A DNA stretch of 64,000 nt from an uncultured Verrucomicrobiae bacterium (GTDB lineage Bacteria; Verrucomicrobiota; Verrucomicrobiia; Chthoniobacterales; UBA10450), in the NCBI GenBank assembly GCA_963772365.1, contig CAVYXA010000001.1:320001-384000 (forward strand). The letters are read 5' to 3'. A program made the translations under genes and the position numbers. This document shows positions 11,728 to 22,144 of this stretch, piece by piece. The notes beneath the pieces are model-generated. The model made no database searches. It was not told where the DNA came from and saw nothing but the letters and a program-made list of their open reading frames with translations. Within the stretch, counting starts at the first letter, position 1; every line of letters begins with the position of its first letter.

Positions 11728-13233
11728 ATGGTTTCGGCCTTTCTAAACTCCGTCAAGATTCCAGAGTTACGCCGGCGAATCCTGTTTACGCTTGCCGTGA
11801 TCGTCATTGTCCGTCTGGGCGCCGCGATTACGACACCTGGCGTGAACCCAGCCGTATTGCAGGAATGGTTTGCAACCGCAGCCAAGGGTGGCGGTGGTGG
11901 CCTGGGCGCGCTGTTTAATTTATTCAGCGGCGGTGCTCTGGAGAATTGCGCTGTGTTTTCGTTAGGGATCATGCCGTACATCAGCGCGCAGATCATGATG
12001 CAGTTGCTCACAGCGGTGATACCGCAGCTGGGAAGAATGGCGCGGGAAGATAACGGTCGTCAGAAGATCATGCAGCTGACTCGATATGCGACGGTCGCCA
12101 TATGTATTTTTCAAGGTTACATGCTGGCTTTGTCGTTTCAGCATCCAGAGTCGTATCACATTGTGCTGGGAGGTATTTCCGACACAATCCAGCGACTCGG
12201 CATTCCGCTGGTCGAAGACACGGGCTGGTGGTTTCGCATCGTAACGGTGATCTCACTCACCACCGGCACGCTTTTCCTGATGTGGTTGGGCGATCAGATT
12301 ACCGACCGCGGAATAGGAAATGGAATTTCCCTCATTATAACGATCGGTATCGTCGCACGCTTGCCCGCGGCGTTGGCGCAGGCATGGAAAACTTTCGTGC
12401 CGTCGGCCCAAACCGGGACCAGCCAGGTTAATCCGGCGATTCTGGTGCTGATGGTGGCGTTCTTATTCATTGTGATCGCCGGCGTCATCGCAATTACCCA
12501 GGGTGTGCGCAAAATCACGGTCCAGTACGCCAAGCGCGTGGTGGGCCGAAAAATGTACGGCGGGCAGACGCAATACATGCCCTTGAAGGTGAATTATGCA
12601 GGAGTGATGCCGATCATTTTCGCCTGGGCGTTGCTCTTATTCCCGACGACGATCGTAAGCTTCGCTTTCAAGAACAGCCCTACGGCTGCGCGCATCGCCG
12701 CTGCTCTTTCAACCGGCTGGCCACACTATGTGGTTCTGGCAGGAATGATTTTCTTCTTCAGTTATTTCTGGGTCGCGACGCAGTTTCAACCGGCGCAAAT
12801 CGCTGACGATCTGAAGAAGTACGGCGGTTATATCCCGGGTGTGCGTCCGGGAAAACCGACTGCAGATTTTCTGGATTTCACGATGACGCGACTAACTTTT
12901 GCCGGCGCGGTATTTTTGACGCTGATTGCAATTTTGCCGGCGTTAATGAGCCAGGGATTGAACGTGCCGACGATTACGGCGCAGTTTTTCGGGGGCACGA
13001 GCTTGCTAATTATCGTGGGCGTAATTTTGGACACAATGCGACAGGTGGAGACGCATCTGATCCAGCGGCATTACGACGGGTTTTTGAGAAAAGGCCGCAT
13101 TCGTGGTCGATCATTTGATCGAGCATCCTATAGTCGCGGCGACGCGGCTGCTCAAGGGACGTTGATGTGGCTTTACGTTGGCATCGCGGCACTCGTTATT
13201 GCCGGCGTGGCAATTTTTCTTTACGGCCGCTAG
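11728..13233 (+). CDS. secY: Preprotein translocase subunit SecY
   Basis: LGIMPYISAQI, GIGNGISLII, GGYIPGVRPG, GGTSLLI. Confidence 0.98.
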   Translation: MVSAFLNSVKIPELRRRILFTLAVIVIVRLGAAITTPGVNPAVLQEWFATAAKGGGGGLGALFNLFSGGALENCAVFSLGIMPYISAQIMMQLLTAVIPQLGRMAREDNGRQKIMQLTRYATVAICIFQGYMLALSFQHPESYHIVLGGISDTIQRLGIPLVEDTGWWFRIVTVISLTTGTLFLMWLGDQITDRGIGNGISLIITIGIVARLPAALAQAWKTFVPSAQTGTSQVNPAILVLMVAFLFIVIAGVIAITQGVRKITVQYAKRVVGRKMYGGQTQYMPLKVNYAGVMPIIFAWALLLFPTTIVSFAFKNSPTAARIAAALSTGWPHYVVLAGMIFFFSYFWVATQFQPAQIADDLKKYGGYIPGVRPGKPTADFLDFTMTRLTFAGAVFLTLIAILPALMSQGLNVPTITAQFFGGTSLLIIVGVILDTMRQVETHLIQRHYDGFLRKGRIRGRSFDRASYSRGDAAAQGTLMWLYVGIAALVIAGVAIFLYGR

Positions 13234-13242
13234 ACTTCCGGG

Positions 13243-13902
13243 GTGAAAAGACGACTCGTTCTTCTCGGCGCGCCAGGTTCCGGAAAGGGGACACAGGCCG
13301 AATTGATCACCCGTCAGTTCGGGATTCCCGTAACATCGCCCGGTGCGATTTTGCGACGGGAACGCGATCTCGGAACGCCGCTGGGTTTGGCTACGGCTGA
13401 AATTACCCAGCGTGGCGGATTGGTGTCGGATGAGATCATCGTTAAACTGATTGAGGATTGGTTGCGGCTGCACGGCGCGCATGGTTTCGTGTTCGACGGA
13501 TTTCCCCGCACGTTACCGCAGGCGCAAAGTTTGGAAGCAATTTTGAAACGTGTGCGTACCGCACTCGATCTCGCCATCTGGCTGGAAGTTTCTGAAAAGA
13601 CAGTGCTGGATCGGATCTCTGGCCGTTTGCAATGCGGCGAGTGCGGCTTCACTACGAGTGCATCGAGTGCAAAATTTTCCGAGCGGCCGATTTGTCCCTA
13701 CTGTGACGGACCGTTGGTTCGGCGTAACGACGACGATGCGAGTGTGCTGCAAACGCGACTCCAGGAATATCGAGGTAAAACTGAGCCGCTGGCGACTTTT
13801 TACAGCAAGATGTCGATCTTACATCGGATCGACGGCAATCGGGATCGGGAAACGGTTTTTGGGGATATCTCTCGATTAATCGAGAACAAATTGCCGGCAT
13901 GA
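13243..13902 (+). CDS. adk: Adenylate kinase with CxxC/CxxC zinc LID
   Basis: GAPGSGKGTQ, FDGFPRT, CGEC...CPYC. Confidence 0.95.
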   Translation: MKRRLVLLGAPGSGKGTQAELITRQFGIPVTSPGAILRRERDLGTPLGLATAEITQRGGLVSDEIIVKLIEDWLRLHGAHGFVFDGFPRTLPQAQSLEAILKRVRTALDLAIWLEVSEKTVLDRISGRLQCGECGFTTSASSAKFSERPICPYCDGPLVRRNDDDASVLQTRLQEYRGKTEPLATFYSKMSILHRIDGNRDRETVFGDISRLIENKLPA

Positions 13903-14675
13903 TTCCAATTAAGAGCCCGAAAGAAGCCGACAAAATGCGGCAGGCTTGTCGCACCGCGAGCGATGTTCTCGACCGCGTAACGGAACTAATTCGCCCGGGA
14001 ATCTCGACCAAGGAAGTGGATGAGGCGGCAGCTGATTTCATGCAGGAAGCAAACGTGAAGAGCGCCTTTCTCGGTTATCGGCTGGGTCATCGCATTTTCC
14101 CGGGAAACATCTGTATTTCGCTCAATGACGAAGTCGTGCACGGGATTGGCAGCCAACGGCGGATCCAATACGGGGATATCGTAAAGCTAGATATTGGCGT
14201 GATCCAAAATGGATGGGTGGGGGACACAGCGGCAACGATCCCGGTGGGGATGATCGGCGACCGCGTGGAATTATTGTTGCGCGCGACTCAGAACGCACTG
14301 GATCGAGCTATTCGTATCGCACATGAAGGCGCACGGCTGGGTGATATTTGCGCGGAAATCGAAGATGAAGCGAAACGCCATCGCTTTTCAGTAGTTCGAG
14401 AATTTGTTGGACACGGAGTAGGACGAAAATTGCACGAAGAACCGCAGATCCCCAATTATGGCAAGCGCGGCAGCGGTCCAAGGCTGAAAGCCGGCATGAC
14501 GCTCGCCATCGAACCAATGATCAACATGGGCGCAGCAGACGTGCGGTTACTGGAAGATGGCTGGACGGTCCGAACCGCCGATGGGCTGCCTTCGGCCCAT
14601 TTTGAACACACAGTTCTAATTACGAAGGACGAGCCGGAAATCCTTACATGGCGCGGAAAGACGCAATTGAAGTAG
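13899..14675 (+). CDS. map: Type I methionyl aminopeptidase
   Basis: [28 protein letters not shown]. Confidence 0.97.
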   Translation: MIPIKSPKEADKMRQACRTASDVLDRVTELIRPGISTKEVDEAAADFMQEANVKSAFLGYRLGHRIFPGNICISLNDEVVHGIGSQRRIQYGDIVKLDIGVIQNGWVGDTAATIPVGMIGDRVELLLRATQNALDRAIRIAHEGARLGDICAEIEDEAKRHRFSVVREFVGHGVGRKLHEEPQIPNYGKRGSGPRLKAGMTLAIEPMINMGAADVRLLEDGWTVRTADGLPSAHFEHTVLITKDEPEILTWRGKTQLK

Positions 14676-14866
14676 AAGGCACAGTTGTCGAACTGCTGCC
14701 CAATACGATGTTCCGGGTCCAACTGGCCAATGGCCATCGCGTCCTCGCGCATATCTCAGGCAAAATGCGGCTGCACTTCATTCGCATCTTGCCAGGAGAC
14801 AAAGTTATGCTAGAGATTTCTCCCTACGATTTGTCGAAGGGCCGGATAACGTTCCGGCAAAAGTGA
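14648..14866 (+). CDS. infA: Translation initiation factor IF-1
   Basis: [26 protein letters not shown]. Confidence 0.98.
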   Translation: MARKDAIEVEGTVVELLPNTMFRVQLANGHRVLAHISGKMRLHFIRILPGDKVMLEISPYDLSKGRITFRQK

Positions 14867-14904
14867 CACGCTGGCTGATCGCCGCGTTGTTTGTTTTGTA
14901 GACG

Positions 14905-15018
14905 ATGAAAGTACGACCATCAGTTAAGAGGCTTTGTGCCAGTTGTAGAATTGTGAAACGCAAGAATGTGATCCGCGTGATTTGCAAAAATCCGCGCCAC
15001 AAACAGCGCCAGGGGTGA
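14905..15018 (+). CDS. rpmJ: 50S ribosomal protein L36 (zinc-binding type)
   Basis: Read by hand (below ORF-track cutoff): [37 protein letters not shown]. Confidence 0.97.
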   Translation: MKVRPSVKRLCASCRIVKRKNVIRVICKNPRHKQRQG

Positions 15019-15059
15019 GCCTTGTAGACGAATTCGAGGATTTAACGATTTAATAGAAC

Positions 15060-15455
15060 ATGCCAAGATTACTCGGGGTTGAGATTCCAGCGGATAAACG
15101 CATCGAAGCGTCGCTCACCTATATCTACGGAATCGGGCTGGCCACCGCCAAACGAATTCTGGAGCAGACTAATATCGACCCAAATTTACGGGCGAAGAAC
15201 CTGACGCCTCAGCAGTTGAACGAAATCATTCACGCCATCACGAATAACAAACTGAAAATCGAGGGCGATCTGCGTCGCGAAGTGCAGAGTAATTTAAAGC
15301 GTTTACAGGCAATCAATTGTTACCGGGGCATTCGACACCGGCGCGGCTTACCAGTCCGAGGCCAGCGAACATCGACAAATGCCCGAACCCGCAAAGGCCC
15401 GCGCAAGACCGTCGGCGTCATCCGAAGCAAGGAAGCAAAATCGGGTGTGGTCTAA
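15060..15455 (+). CDS. rpsM: 30S ribosomal protein S13
   Basis: [25 protein letters not shown]. Confidence 0.98.
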   Translation: MPRLLGVEIPADKRIEASLTYIYGIGLATAKRILEQTNIDPNLRAKNLTPQQLNEIIHAITNNKLKIEGDLRREVQSNLKRLQAINCYRGIRHRRGLPVRGQRTSTNARTRKGPRKTVGVIRSKEAKSGVV

Positions 15456-15467
15456 AGATTAATCATT

Positions 15468-16064
15468 ATGGCTGAACCGAAGCATCCGAAGAACGAAAAG
15501 GAAACAGCAGAGCCTACCACGACTGTCGACGCGAAAGTTGTGGCATCGGGAGATGGTGGGGCGGCTGCTCCGGCCGAAGTTGCGCCGAAAACAGAGAAGA
15601 AGCCGGCGAAAGGAAAAAAAACTGAAGTAGCAACAGCGGCGCCTCCGGCGGAGAATCTTTCGCTGTCACCCGATGACATCGAGAAACCGAAGATCGTTAA
15701 GGCAAAAGGCGCAAAGAACATCCATTCAGGAATCGCACACGTTCTGGCCACGTTTAACAACACGATCGTGACGATCACCGATATGAACGGGAACGTGATC
15801 GGTTGGTCCAGCGCGGGAAAAGTTGGCTTCAAAGGATCGCGCAAGAGCACAGCCTACGCAGCGCAAATGGTGGCGCAGGACGCATCCCGCCAGGCGATGG
15901 GCCACGGCCTGAAAGAAGTCGAGGTCTTGGTTAAAGGACCTGGTGCGGGCCGCGAATCCGCTGTCCGAGCGTTACAGGCAATTGGTCTCGATCTCACTTT
16001 AATTCGTGACGTGACGCCAGTTCCGCACAATGGCTGCCGCCCACCCAAACAACGCCGCGTCTAA
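15468..16064 (+). CDS. rpsK: 30S ribosomal protein S11 (long low-complexity N-terminal extension)
   Basis: [30 protein letters not shown]. Confidence 0.97.
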   Translation: MAEPKHPKNEKETAEPTTTVDAKVVASGDGGAAAPAEVAPKTEKKPAKGKKTEVATAAPPAENLSLSPDDIEKPKIVKAKGAKNIHSGIAHVLATFNNTIVTITDMNGNVIGWSSAGKVGFKGSRKSTAYAAQMVAQDASRQAMGHGLKEVEVLVKGPGAGRESAVRALQAIGLDLTLIRDVTPVPHNGCRPPKQRRV

Positions 16065-16100
16065 AGTCCCGTCACTCGTACCTATTACTCATTACCCTGC

Positions 16101-16712
16101 ATGGCTAGATACACCGGACCAAAAACAAAAGTCAGCCGACGATATGGTGTGCCGATCTTCGGCTCATCGAAGTCGCTCGAACGAAAGAATTACCCTCCGG
16201 GGATGCACGGTCCCAGAGGTTCCCGGCGCAAACAATCTGATTACGCGATCGCGCTCGGCGAGAAGCAGAAGCTTCGATATCAGTACGGCCTTCTGGAACG
16301 CCAGTTCCGACGAATCTTCCAGAGTGCATTACGCAAACGTGGTGTTACCGGCGAAACGCTTCTCCAGCTTCTGGAGACGAGGATCGACAATGTCGTGTAT
16401 CGGCTGGGTCTGGCCAACACGCGAAGCGCAGCCCGCCAGCTGGTTTCGCACGGGCATGTTTTGGTCAATGGCCGACGCGTGAATATTGCCTCCTATAACG
16501 TGAAAGCCGGCGACGAAATTTCGATTAAGGACAAACCGAAATCTCGTCAGCTCGTCCTTCGCAATCTCGATCTCACCCAGATCTCACCCGTCCCTGATTG
16601 GCTGACAGTCGATCGCGACGCCCTTAAGGGCAAAGTCGCGCGGATTCCGACCCGGGAAGAGATGCAGCCGATCGTGAACGAGCAGCTTATCGTCGAGTTG
16701 TATTCTCGATAA
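16101..16712 (+). CDS. rpsD: 30S ribosomal protein S4
   Basis: MARYTGP, EKQKLR, ARQLVSHGH, IVELYSR. Confidence 0.98.
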   Translation: MARYTGPKTKVSRRYGVPIFGSSKSLERKNYPPGMHGPRGSRRKQSDYAIALGEKQKLRYQYGLLERQFRRIFQSALRKRGVTGETLLQLLETRIDNVVYRLGLANTRSAARQLVSHGHVLVNGRRVNIASYNVKAGDEISIKDKPKSRQLVLRNLDLTQISPVPDWLTVDRDALKGKVARIPTREEMQPIVNEQLIVELYSR

Positions 16713-16926
16713 AGTCGAGCGCTTTATCGTAGCTCTTTCGCTGGAGAAAGTGGTTCAATCGCGGGTCGACTGACCCCGACAAGGCGGCCTGCAATTGATC
16801 GATCTTTTCAGAAACGGCGCGCAATCGCGCCATGTGCTTCGCTTCATCGCGCCGACTTTCTTGATCTTGAATAATGGCGAGTCGTTCCCGCAGAGCATCG
16901 GCAAGATCGACAATGCCATTTTCCAT
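16687..16926 (-). CDS. Small helical hypothetical protein, convergent with rpsD
   Basis: 79-aa ATG ORF with protein-like composition (RLNHFLQRKSYDKALDFI). Confidence 0.65.
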   Translation of the reverse strand: MENGIVDLADALRERLAIIQDQESRRDEAKHMARLRAVSEKIDQLQAALSGSVDPRLNHFLQRKSYDKALDFIENTTRR

Positions 16927-16984
16927 CGGCTAATAATAAACAATTGATGTTCATCGGTGTCTATTCGGGGTTAAAATCTGCCGT

Positions 16985-17425
16985 GTGAGCAAGAACCCGC
17001 CGAAGCGAATCCTGATCGTCGACGATGAGGTCGGTTTGCTTCGCATAATGCGCGAAGCGCTCGCAGCTTCGTTCCACTGCGAGGTCGATACTTCGCCGCG
17101 GCCGGAATACGGTTTCGAACTGGCCCTCAGGAAGACCTACGATTTGTTCATCTTCGATTTTTCCATGCCGATGATCGATGGCGCGATGCTCTTTTTTTTG
17201 ATCGGTAAAGTGTATGGCAATGTTGAACCGGTACGGGTGGTCCCGCCGCTTTTGCTCGTGTCGGGCAGGGGCGACGAAAGGCGGGTCCAGGAGCTTTTGA
17301 AAGAACCCAGTGTGGGTGGTTTCGTTGCGAAACCATTTTCGATGAATCGGCTTCTCGATAAAGTGCGAGAGATTTGCCGGGGGATCAAGACCGCCAGCTC
17401 CAGCGCGAATTTAACGGGTGCCTGA
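16985..17425 (+). CDS. Single-domain response regulator (REC)
   Basis: RILIVDDE, DFSMPMIDG, KPF. Confidence 0.9.
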   Translation: MSKNPPKRILIVDDEVGLLRIMREALAASFHCEVDTSPRPEYGFELALRKTYDLFIFDFSMPMIDGAMLFFLIGKVYGNVEPVRVVPPLLLVSGRGDERRVQELLKEPSVGGFVAKPFSMNRLLDKVREICRGIKTASSSANLTGA

Positions 17426-17731
17426 CTCAGACAAAAGCTGACGCTTCCCTTCCAGCCAATCCGAATCCGAATCGCCCGGCAGACCGAGCCGATGTCGACG
17501 CTCAGAAATGAAATAGGCGCGCATACGGATTTGTTCATCGCTCGGCTCTGACGATGGCGCCTGCTTTGGGCTTTTTGCCGGCGCGATTTTTGCAGATTTC
17601 TTACCGCGGGAGGAAACGCCTTTGCGGACTGATGTCGATCTTCGACGCGTTGTTTTCTTCTCGCCGCCAACCCCGCAAGAGCCCCTCGCCTCCGGCGAGC
17701 CATTGTTCCTTGTATTCGAATTTTTCGGCAC
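17411..17731 (-). CDS. DUF2934-like small protein
   Basis: EQIRMRAYFISERR...DSDWLEG pattern after a basic disordered N-terminus. Confidence 0.75.
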   Translation of the reverse strand: MPKNSNTRNNGSPEARGSCGVGGEKKTTRRRSTSVRKGVSSRGKKSAKIAPAKSPKQAPSSEPSDEQIRMRAYFISERRHRLGLPGDSDSDWLEGKRQLLSESGTR

Positions 17732-17837
17732 AGAATTCGATTAACCTGCAGTGCGCGATTCGCAAATTTTTTCTCAGTTCAACGCTCATTTTCTATGCTG
17801 CTTGGACAGTCACTCGATTCGGCATACCCTTGTCGTC

Positions 17838-18248
17838 ATGCGGCATTTCGTTTTCCGGTGGGGAATCACGACTCTGGCAGTCATGGTTGCCTCATCGTTG
17901 ATCGAGGGGATTCGCTACGACAGCGTAGCCGCTTTGATCGGGGCGGCGCTGTTGCTCGGAATTTTAAACGCTTTTCTCCGGCCGATCTTGTTGATTCTGA
18001 GCGCACCGCTTATTTTGCTGAGTCTGGGGTTCTTCATTCTAATCGTAAACGGGCTAATGCTCCTCATCGTCCCGCACATCGTCTGGGGTTTTCAGGTAGA
18101 TAGTTTCTGGAGCGCATTTTGGGGCGCAATCGTGATCAGTATTGTCAGCTGGATTCTGAGTGCATTTTTCCGCGGCAGTGATGGCCGGGTTCACGTATTA
18201 ACGCATCACACTCAGATCAAACGTGTGCAGGGTCGCGTTGTGAAATAG
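17838..18248 (+). CDS. Phage holin family / YvlD-like 4-TM membrane protein
   Basis: GILNAFLRPIL, SLGFFILIVNGLML, FWSAFWGAIVISIVSW. Confidence 0.85.
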   Translation: MRHFVFRWGITTLAVMVASSLIEGIRYDSVAALIGAALLLGILNAFLRPILLILSAPLILLSLGFFILIVNGLMLLIVPHIVWGFQVDSFWSAFWGAIVISIVSWILSAFFRGSDGRVHVLTHHTQIKRVQGRVVK

Positions 18249-18510
18249 CAGTGGCGATCCGGAACATAACTCGGGAAAAAAGCTCCACGATCACTTAAAC
18301 ACGGATAGTCGACAGAGGTGGTCCGTGGATTGGCGGTTCGCCTTTGCGTGGGGAGTTGTTGAAACTCTGTCTTTTCCAGGGCGTTGGCTCCCGCGCAGCT
18401 CTGGCGAATCCTGCCGAGATTCCCACAAAAGGGAGAGTGCAAAACCGGCCTCCGGGCTGGTCTGCTTCCTGCTTTACACAGCCGAGCACTTTTAACCTGC
18501 AATCGTAATT

Positions 18511-20217
18511 ATGGTAAACCTTCTCAAATCCCTGGGCTGTGCGGCGGCGGCGTTGCTCGGTGCATTGTCCTTTTCTCAAGCACAAACCAGCGCGCCAGAC
18601 CCAGCGACCGGACAAGCTCCAGCTACTGCGGTTTCATCTACCGGTTCGACTGCGAAGAGCGCGGACAACTCGTCCTTGACGTTGGTGCAGGCGCCCACAG
18701 GTAACGCACCCACGCCGGGAGCACCTGCAGTTGCTGTGAAGAGCGATACCGCGTCTCCGGCAGATGAACAGGGCGGAGGTGTTGGAGTTCGCGAATTTCA
18801 AGGCGACGATGTCGGCCAGGTTCTGCGATTGCTTGCTCGTCAGGCGAAAATCAATCTTGTGGTGAGTGAAGCTGTGACCGGCACAGTCACGATGCGGTTG
18901 GAAGACGTCACTGCGCTTCAGGCAATCGAGATCATCGTCAAAGCCAAGGGACTGTTCCTGGATAAAATCGACAATGTCTATTACGTGAAGACGGATGCGG
19001 AACGCGCCAAGGAACCGACGGAATCGGACAGCTACCAATTTAGCTATGCTCGGGCGAAAGATGTTGCCCCGTTAATCGCGTCGCAGTTGGCCAGCGGGGT
19101 CGCGCCGCAAGTTGACGAGAGAACGAACACCGTCTTCTTCCGCGAGACCCGCAGCAATATCGATCACATTCGCGGGATGCTGGTGCAGATCGATAAACCG
19201 ACCCGGCAGGTGATGATCGAAGCGCGTCTGGTCGAAGTGACGGCCAATCCCAAGCAGAGCTACGGAATCAATTGGGGCGGGGTGCTTGGAAGTTCTACCA
19301 ATCCCCAGACATTCTCTTATACAGGAACGAATGGCAAAGTGGATCCGATCACCGGGCAACTGATTAAAAGCGATCCTCAATTGGGCAACGCAGCGAATTC
19401 GAATTTCTATGGCAACCTTTCCCATTTGACCGGTCAGTTTGCGATTCTTACATTACCACAGTTTTCGGCTACTCTGCGCCTGCTCAACGAGGATAGTGAT
19501 GCCGAATTTCTGGCTAACCCGCGAATCGTCACGGCCGACAATCAGCAGGCTAAAATTGAAATCTCTCGGGCCCAGCCCGTGCCGCAGTTGAATTTCAACG
19601 AGCAAACCGCTCAGGCGGTCTTCAGCGGATTCCAGGATAAAAAGTTTGGCAACACCCTGCTGGTTCGCCCTTCTGTAAACAAAGACAATTTTGTCACGCT
19701 AAGCGTAAAACCAGAGATCAGCAACAAGGTCGGTGATCAGACGTTCACCTTCAGCGGCGCGACCGTGGCGAGTCCGATTATCGACACACGCTCTCTCGAC
19801 TCGAATGTTCTTATCAGAAGCGGTGACACTCTGGCGATCGGCGGCTTGCTGCAAGACGAAGTGAGCAAGGGGCGAAGCAAGGTCCCGGTGCTCGGGGATG
19901 TCCCCATTTTCGGCTATTTCTTCCAGGAACGCTTAAATGCGCGCACGAAACGCAACCTGCTGGTGTTTGTTACCCCGACAATTCTGGATGCGCGATATGG
20001 CACGGGATTGGAGGACCAGGTCTCAGGAATTCATCACAGTGGCGAAGAGTTTGCCGATCCTGACGGCTGGCGCAATAACGCGAAGGGCGCCATTCGTCTG
20101 GTTCCGACAGCACAGCGTCAGGTCGCCGCGGATTACGCCAAGCCAGGCGTGCCGCCGGCGCCGGAAGCAGCGTCCGAAGTGCAATTTAAGTCTTCAGCCA
20201 AGGATCGCGATTTTTAG
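18511..20217 (+). CDS. Outer-membrane secretin (PilQ/GspD family)
   Basis: Signal peptide, QVMIEARLVEV, LANPRIVTADNQQA, GDTLAIGGL, KVPVLGDVP, LLVFVTP. Confidence 0.93.
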   Translation: MVNLLKSLGCAAAALLGALSFSQAQTSAPDPATGQAPATAVSSTGSTAKSADNSSLTLVQAPTGNAPTPGAPAVAVKSDTASPADEQGGGVGVREFQGDDVGQVLRLLARQAKINLVVSEAVTGTVTMRLEDVTALQAIEIIVKAKGLFLDKIDNVYYVKTDAERAKEPTESDSYQFSYARAKDVAPLIASQLASGVAPQVDERTNTVFFRETRSNIDHIRGMLVQIDKPTRQVMIEARLVEVTANPKQSYGINWGGVLGSSTNPQTFSYTGTNGKVDPITGQLIKSDPQLGNAANSNFYGNLSHLTGQFAILTLPQFSATLRLLNEDSDAEFLANPRIVTADNQQAKIEISRAQPVPQLNFNEQTAQAVFSGFQDKKFGNTLLVRPSVNKDNFVTLSVKPEISNKVGDQTFTFSGATVASPIIDTRSLDSNVLIRSGDTLAIGGLLQDEVSKGRSKVPVLGDVPIFGYFFQERLNARTKRNLLVFVTPTILDARYGTGLEDQVSGIHHSGEEFADPDGWRNNAKGAIRLVPTAQRQVAADYAKPGVPPAPEAASEVQFKSSAKDRDF

Positions 20218-20239
20218 ATCGACAACGAATGTGGGGTTG

Positions 20240-20277
20240 AGAGGGGGCGGATGCTCGCAAGGTGTCCGCCCTCTTTT
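20240..20277 (+). terminator. Intrinsic terminator between convergent genes
   Basis: agagggggcggatgc...gtgtccgccctct hairpin followed by a T-rich tract. Confidence 0.75.
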
Positions 20278-20288
20278 GTTTTGCTAAA

Positions 20289-20888
20289 CTACCCATTCAA
20301 ATATTTCGATAGTCGCGCACGCAACTCCGTCCGCGCTCGAAAGAGAACGCTCTTCACTGCAGGCACGGATAAACCGAGAATCTCTCCGATCTCTTCATAA
20401 CTGAGCTCCTCATATCTTCGAAGGATTAGCGCCATGCGCTGCGTTTCAGGCAGCTGCATGATCGTGTCTTCAATAGCCCGCTGCAGCTCGGCCTCCAGTA
20501 GCGATGAATCCGGCGTCGGATTGTTCTGATCTCTTACGGGAAGTTCTCCGTCGCCGCTTTCAATTTGTAACGGAACGTGAGAATGCCGTTTGGTCCGGCG
20601 GAGTTCATTGAAAACGAGGTTACGCGTAATTTTGAGCAACCAGGTGGTGAATCTTGCTCGGGCTACGTAACGCCCCGAGCTCTTCCACACGCGAATGAAG
20701 ACTTGTTGCGCAATATCTTCGACATCGGAATTGCTGCCGAGCATTCGCGCGACTGTTCCCACGACCAAACCCTGATGTCGTTCGATCAATCGTTCGAACG
20801 CTTGCGTATCTCTATCGGCCACGAGGCGCATCAGACGAACGTCCTCGATTTGTTCGAGGTCATCCGGCGGTTTCGGATTCGTGGACAT
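20289..20888 (-). CDS. ECF sigma-70 factor (RpoE-like)
   Basis: EDIAQQVFIRVW, FTTWLLKI, LSYEEIGEILG...VKSVLFRAR. Confidence 0.93.
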   Translation of the reverse strand: MSTNPKPPDDLEQIEDVRLMRLVADRDTQAFERLIERHQGLVVGTVARMLGSNSDVEDIAQQVFIRVWKSSGRYVARARFTTWLLKITRNLVFNELRRTKRHSHVPLQIESGDGELPVRDQNNPTPDSSLLEAELQRAIEDTIMQLPETQRMALILRRYEELSYEEIGEILGLSVPAVKSVLFRARTELRARLSKYLNG

Positions 20889-20974
20889 TGCGAACAATAC
20901 GGCAGGAGTCACGCGCGAGCACGAATGAGCACGGGGCGACTAAGCTGTTTTCCGTTGCAACGCAAGGCGTAGCC

Positions 20975-22144
20975 ATGCATGATTCCGCGGCAAAGATGAA
21001 TCACCGGCTCATTCCTACCGAACTCAGGTCCATCGCGAAAAAGATTGAGGCCGGCCGGCGAATCTCCGAATCCGACGCTCTCGATCTCTATCGCTCGAAC
21101 GATCTGAACGCGCTCGGAATGATGGCGAACGTCGTGCGCGAAAGAAAGAACGGGAACTTCGCGACTTACATCCACAATCGATACATCAATTATTCCAATA
21201 TCTGCCTGCTCTCCTGTCAGTTCTGCGCCTTTGCAGCTAAAAAGCGCGATGCGCACGCATTTGAATACGCGATCGATGAGATCGTTCGGGCCGTTCGCGA
21301 CGCTCTCCCGCTTGGGATTACCGAAGTCCACATGGTGGGAGGCCTGCATCCGACTCTGAAAAAGCAATGGTATCTCGATCTGCTGCACGAATTGCGGGCG
21401 CTCGATCCCGATCTTCACATCAAAGCTTTCACCGCCATTGAAGTGCGCCATCTAGCCCAGCGGATTTTCAAAATGTCGATCCGCGAAACATTAGAAACGC
21501 TGCGCGAAGCCGGCCTCGGCTCGATCACCGGTGGCGGCGCAGAGATTTTCGATCCAGAAGTCCGGGATCGGATCTGTCGTGGCAAAGAAACGGCGACTGA
21601 ATGGCTCGATGTGCATCGCACCTGGCATGGCATGGGCGGACGCAGCACCTGCACGATGCTGTATGGTCATATTGAAACTCTATCCCAACGCGTCGACCAT
21701 CTGTGTCAGTTGCGCGAATTACAGGACGAGACCAATGGGTTTACCGGTTTTGTTCCATTCGCGTTTGAACCGTCCCGCTCCTTCGGAATTCTTTCTGATA
21801 TCAAGCCGACCTCGCCCTTTGAACAGCTTCGGAATCTGGCCGTAAGCCGGATTTACCTCGATAACATCGATCATCTCACCGCTTATTGGGTTAGTCTGGG
21901 ACTACCGCTCGCTCAGGTTTCGCTGAGCTACGGCGTAGACGATCTGCATGGAACAATCCTCGAGGAGAAGATTTTCCACATGGCTGGCGCGACTACTCCG
22001 CAACAGCAGACGATCGCAGCACTCGAACATGCAATTCGAGAGGCCGGTCGCGATCCAAGGCAGCGCGATAGTCATTACCGGCACATTTCTGCGGGGCCCG
22101 TAAATGGCGAAAAGGTAGATTCGACAGAATTGGCCTGGGCGTAA
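20975..22144 (+). CDS. mqnE: Aminofutalosine synthase (radical SAM, futalosine menaquinone pathway)
   Basis: CLLSCQFCAF motif, VHMVGGLHP, GGGAEIF, TMLYGHIE; adjacent to mqnA. Confidence 0.88.
   Translation: MHDSAAKMNHRLIPTELRSIAKKIEAGRRISESDALDLYRSNDLNALGMMANVVRERKNGNFATYIHNRYINYSNICLLSCQFCAFAAKKRDAHAFEYAIDEIVRAVRDALPLGITEVHMVGGLHPTLKKQWYLDLLHELRALDPDLHIKAFTAIEVRHLAQRIFKMSIRETLETLREAGLGSITGGGAEIFDPEVRDRICRGKETATEWLDVHRTWHGMGGRSTCTMLYGHIETLSQRVDHLCQLRELQDETNGFTGFVPFAFEPSRSFGILSDIKPTSPFEQLRNLAVSRIYLDNIDHLTAYWVSLGLPLAQVSLSYGVDDLHGTILEEKIFHMAGATTPQQQTIAALEHAIREAGRDPRQRDSHYRHISAGPVNGEKVDSTELAWA

Noticed and set aside
18350..18500. c-di-GMP-I riboswitch upstream of the secretin
   Set aside because: Only a GCAAAACC-like fragment is present; the GNRA-capped P2 and receptor pattern could not be found by eye.
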